34,120 bases of DNA. Source: Octopus bimaculoides. Lineage: Eukaryota. The position numbers were made by a program, and so were the translations under genes. The notes beneath the pieces were generated by a model, which saw only the letters and a program-made list of their open reading frames with translations, was not told the origin of the DNA and ran no database searches. Shown here piece after piece: positions 33,485 through 34,120 of the stretch. The first letter of the stretch is position 1; every line of letters starts with the position of its first letter. Location of the stretch: the NCBI RefSeq assembly GCF_001194135.2, contig NC_068991.1:60183811-60217930 (forward strand), in the 5' to 3' direction.

Positions 33485-33790
33485 AATATAGTGTATCAGT
33501 GTAAGGTTAAGAGTGATACAGATGTTAGTGTTTATGTGGGTTGTTCTTCGGATAAGATTTGTAGGAGAATTTCTTGTCACTTTAATACGTTTAGAGATAG
33601 GAGTAAAATAGCTAGTACTAGGCTTAGTAGGTTTATTTGGGGGTTAAAAGAACAAAATAAGAACTTTTCGTAAGAATGGACTATTATAGGGAGGGATTTC
33701 CTATACGATAAGGGTAGGAGGTATTGCAACTTGTGCAATCTTGAGTTGTTTTTTATTCTATTTTCTAAGCATAAACTAATTAATAACCTA
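33485..33790 (+). mobile_element. Penelope-like GIY-YIG endonuclease fragment
   Basis: NIVYQCKVKSDTDVSVYVGCSSDKICRRISCHFNTF...STRLSRFIWGLK...*EWTII...YCNLCNLE. Confidence 0.82.
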
Positions 33791-33974
33791 ACATATAATG
33801 GGTTCAGATGTGTTCACGTTCGCAAACATACTTATTTTTGGTTTAGATAATTTCATTGTTTATTTCTCCTATAGCAGAACTTTGTTATGATCGGGTATTA
33901 AGGTCTGGGTTTTAGTATTTTTTAGTTCTGCTATTGCTCTATTTACTTATTCGCACATTTGTTCATATACATGT

Positions 33975-34120
33975 GCAAGTGTATATACATATGCATGGGT
34001 ATACGTGGAAAAATGTGTGTATATATGTGTATGTATGTGTGTATGTGTGTGTATATATGTATATGGGTATGTGTATGTATATGTATGTGTGTATGTATGT
34101 ATATGTGTATATATACTTAT
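33975..34120. repeat. (GT)/(GTAT) compound microsatellite
   Basis: Direct inspection. Confidence 0.9.

Noticed and set aside
33880-33915. Possible hammerhead remnant after the third Penelope fragment
   Set aside because: Neither CUGANGA nor GAAA is recognisable.

Overview
AT-rich, microsatellite-dense animal genomic DNA from a draft assembly with about 3.7 kb of N gaps. The tRNA-derived SINE families look like those of Octopus (inference, not searched). There is one intact host gene: a minus-strand class A GPCR with a single coding exon, probably 21833-23068, entered through a splice acceptor at 23104. The rest is mostly decayed mobile DNA: R4/Dong-type RLE LINEs, Tx1/L1-type LINEs, three Penelope-like fragments with GIY-YIG domains, two mariners, a Tc1/maT fragment, a Gypsy integrase fragment, SINEs and MITE-like palindromes. 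The main non-TE observation is an old direct duplication (~865-1795 and ~9006-10195). Both copies carry, on the minus strand, a TATA-like box, a 15-codon ORF with conserved start and stop, a GTAAGT splice donor and a 39-bp identical block, which looks like duplicated promoter/first-exon modules. Also notable are a near-canonical minimal hammerhead ribozyme at the end of a Penelope element, a 100-bp near-perfect hairpin, and an R4/Dong element possibly split at its zinc knuckle and bracketed by two (TAA)n(AAG)n arrays. All alignments and counts were done by eye. No prokaryotic-type system, CRISPR array, rRNA or tRNA gene was seen.
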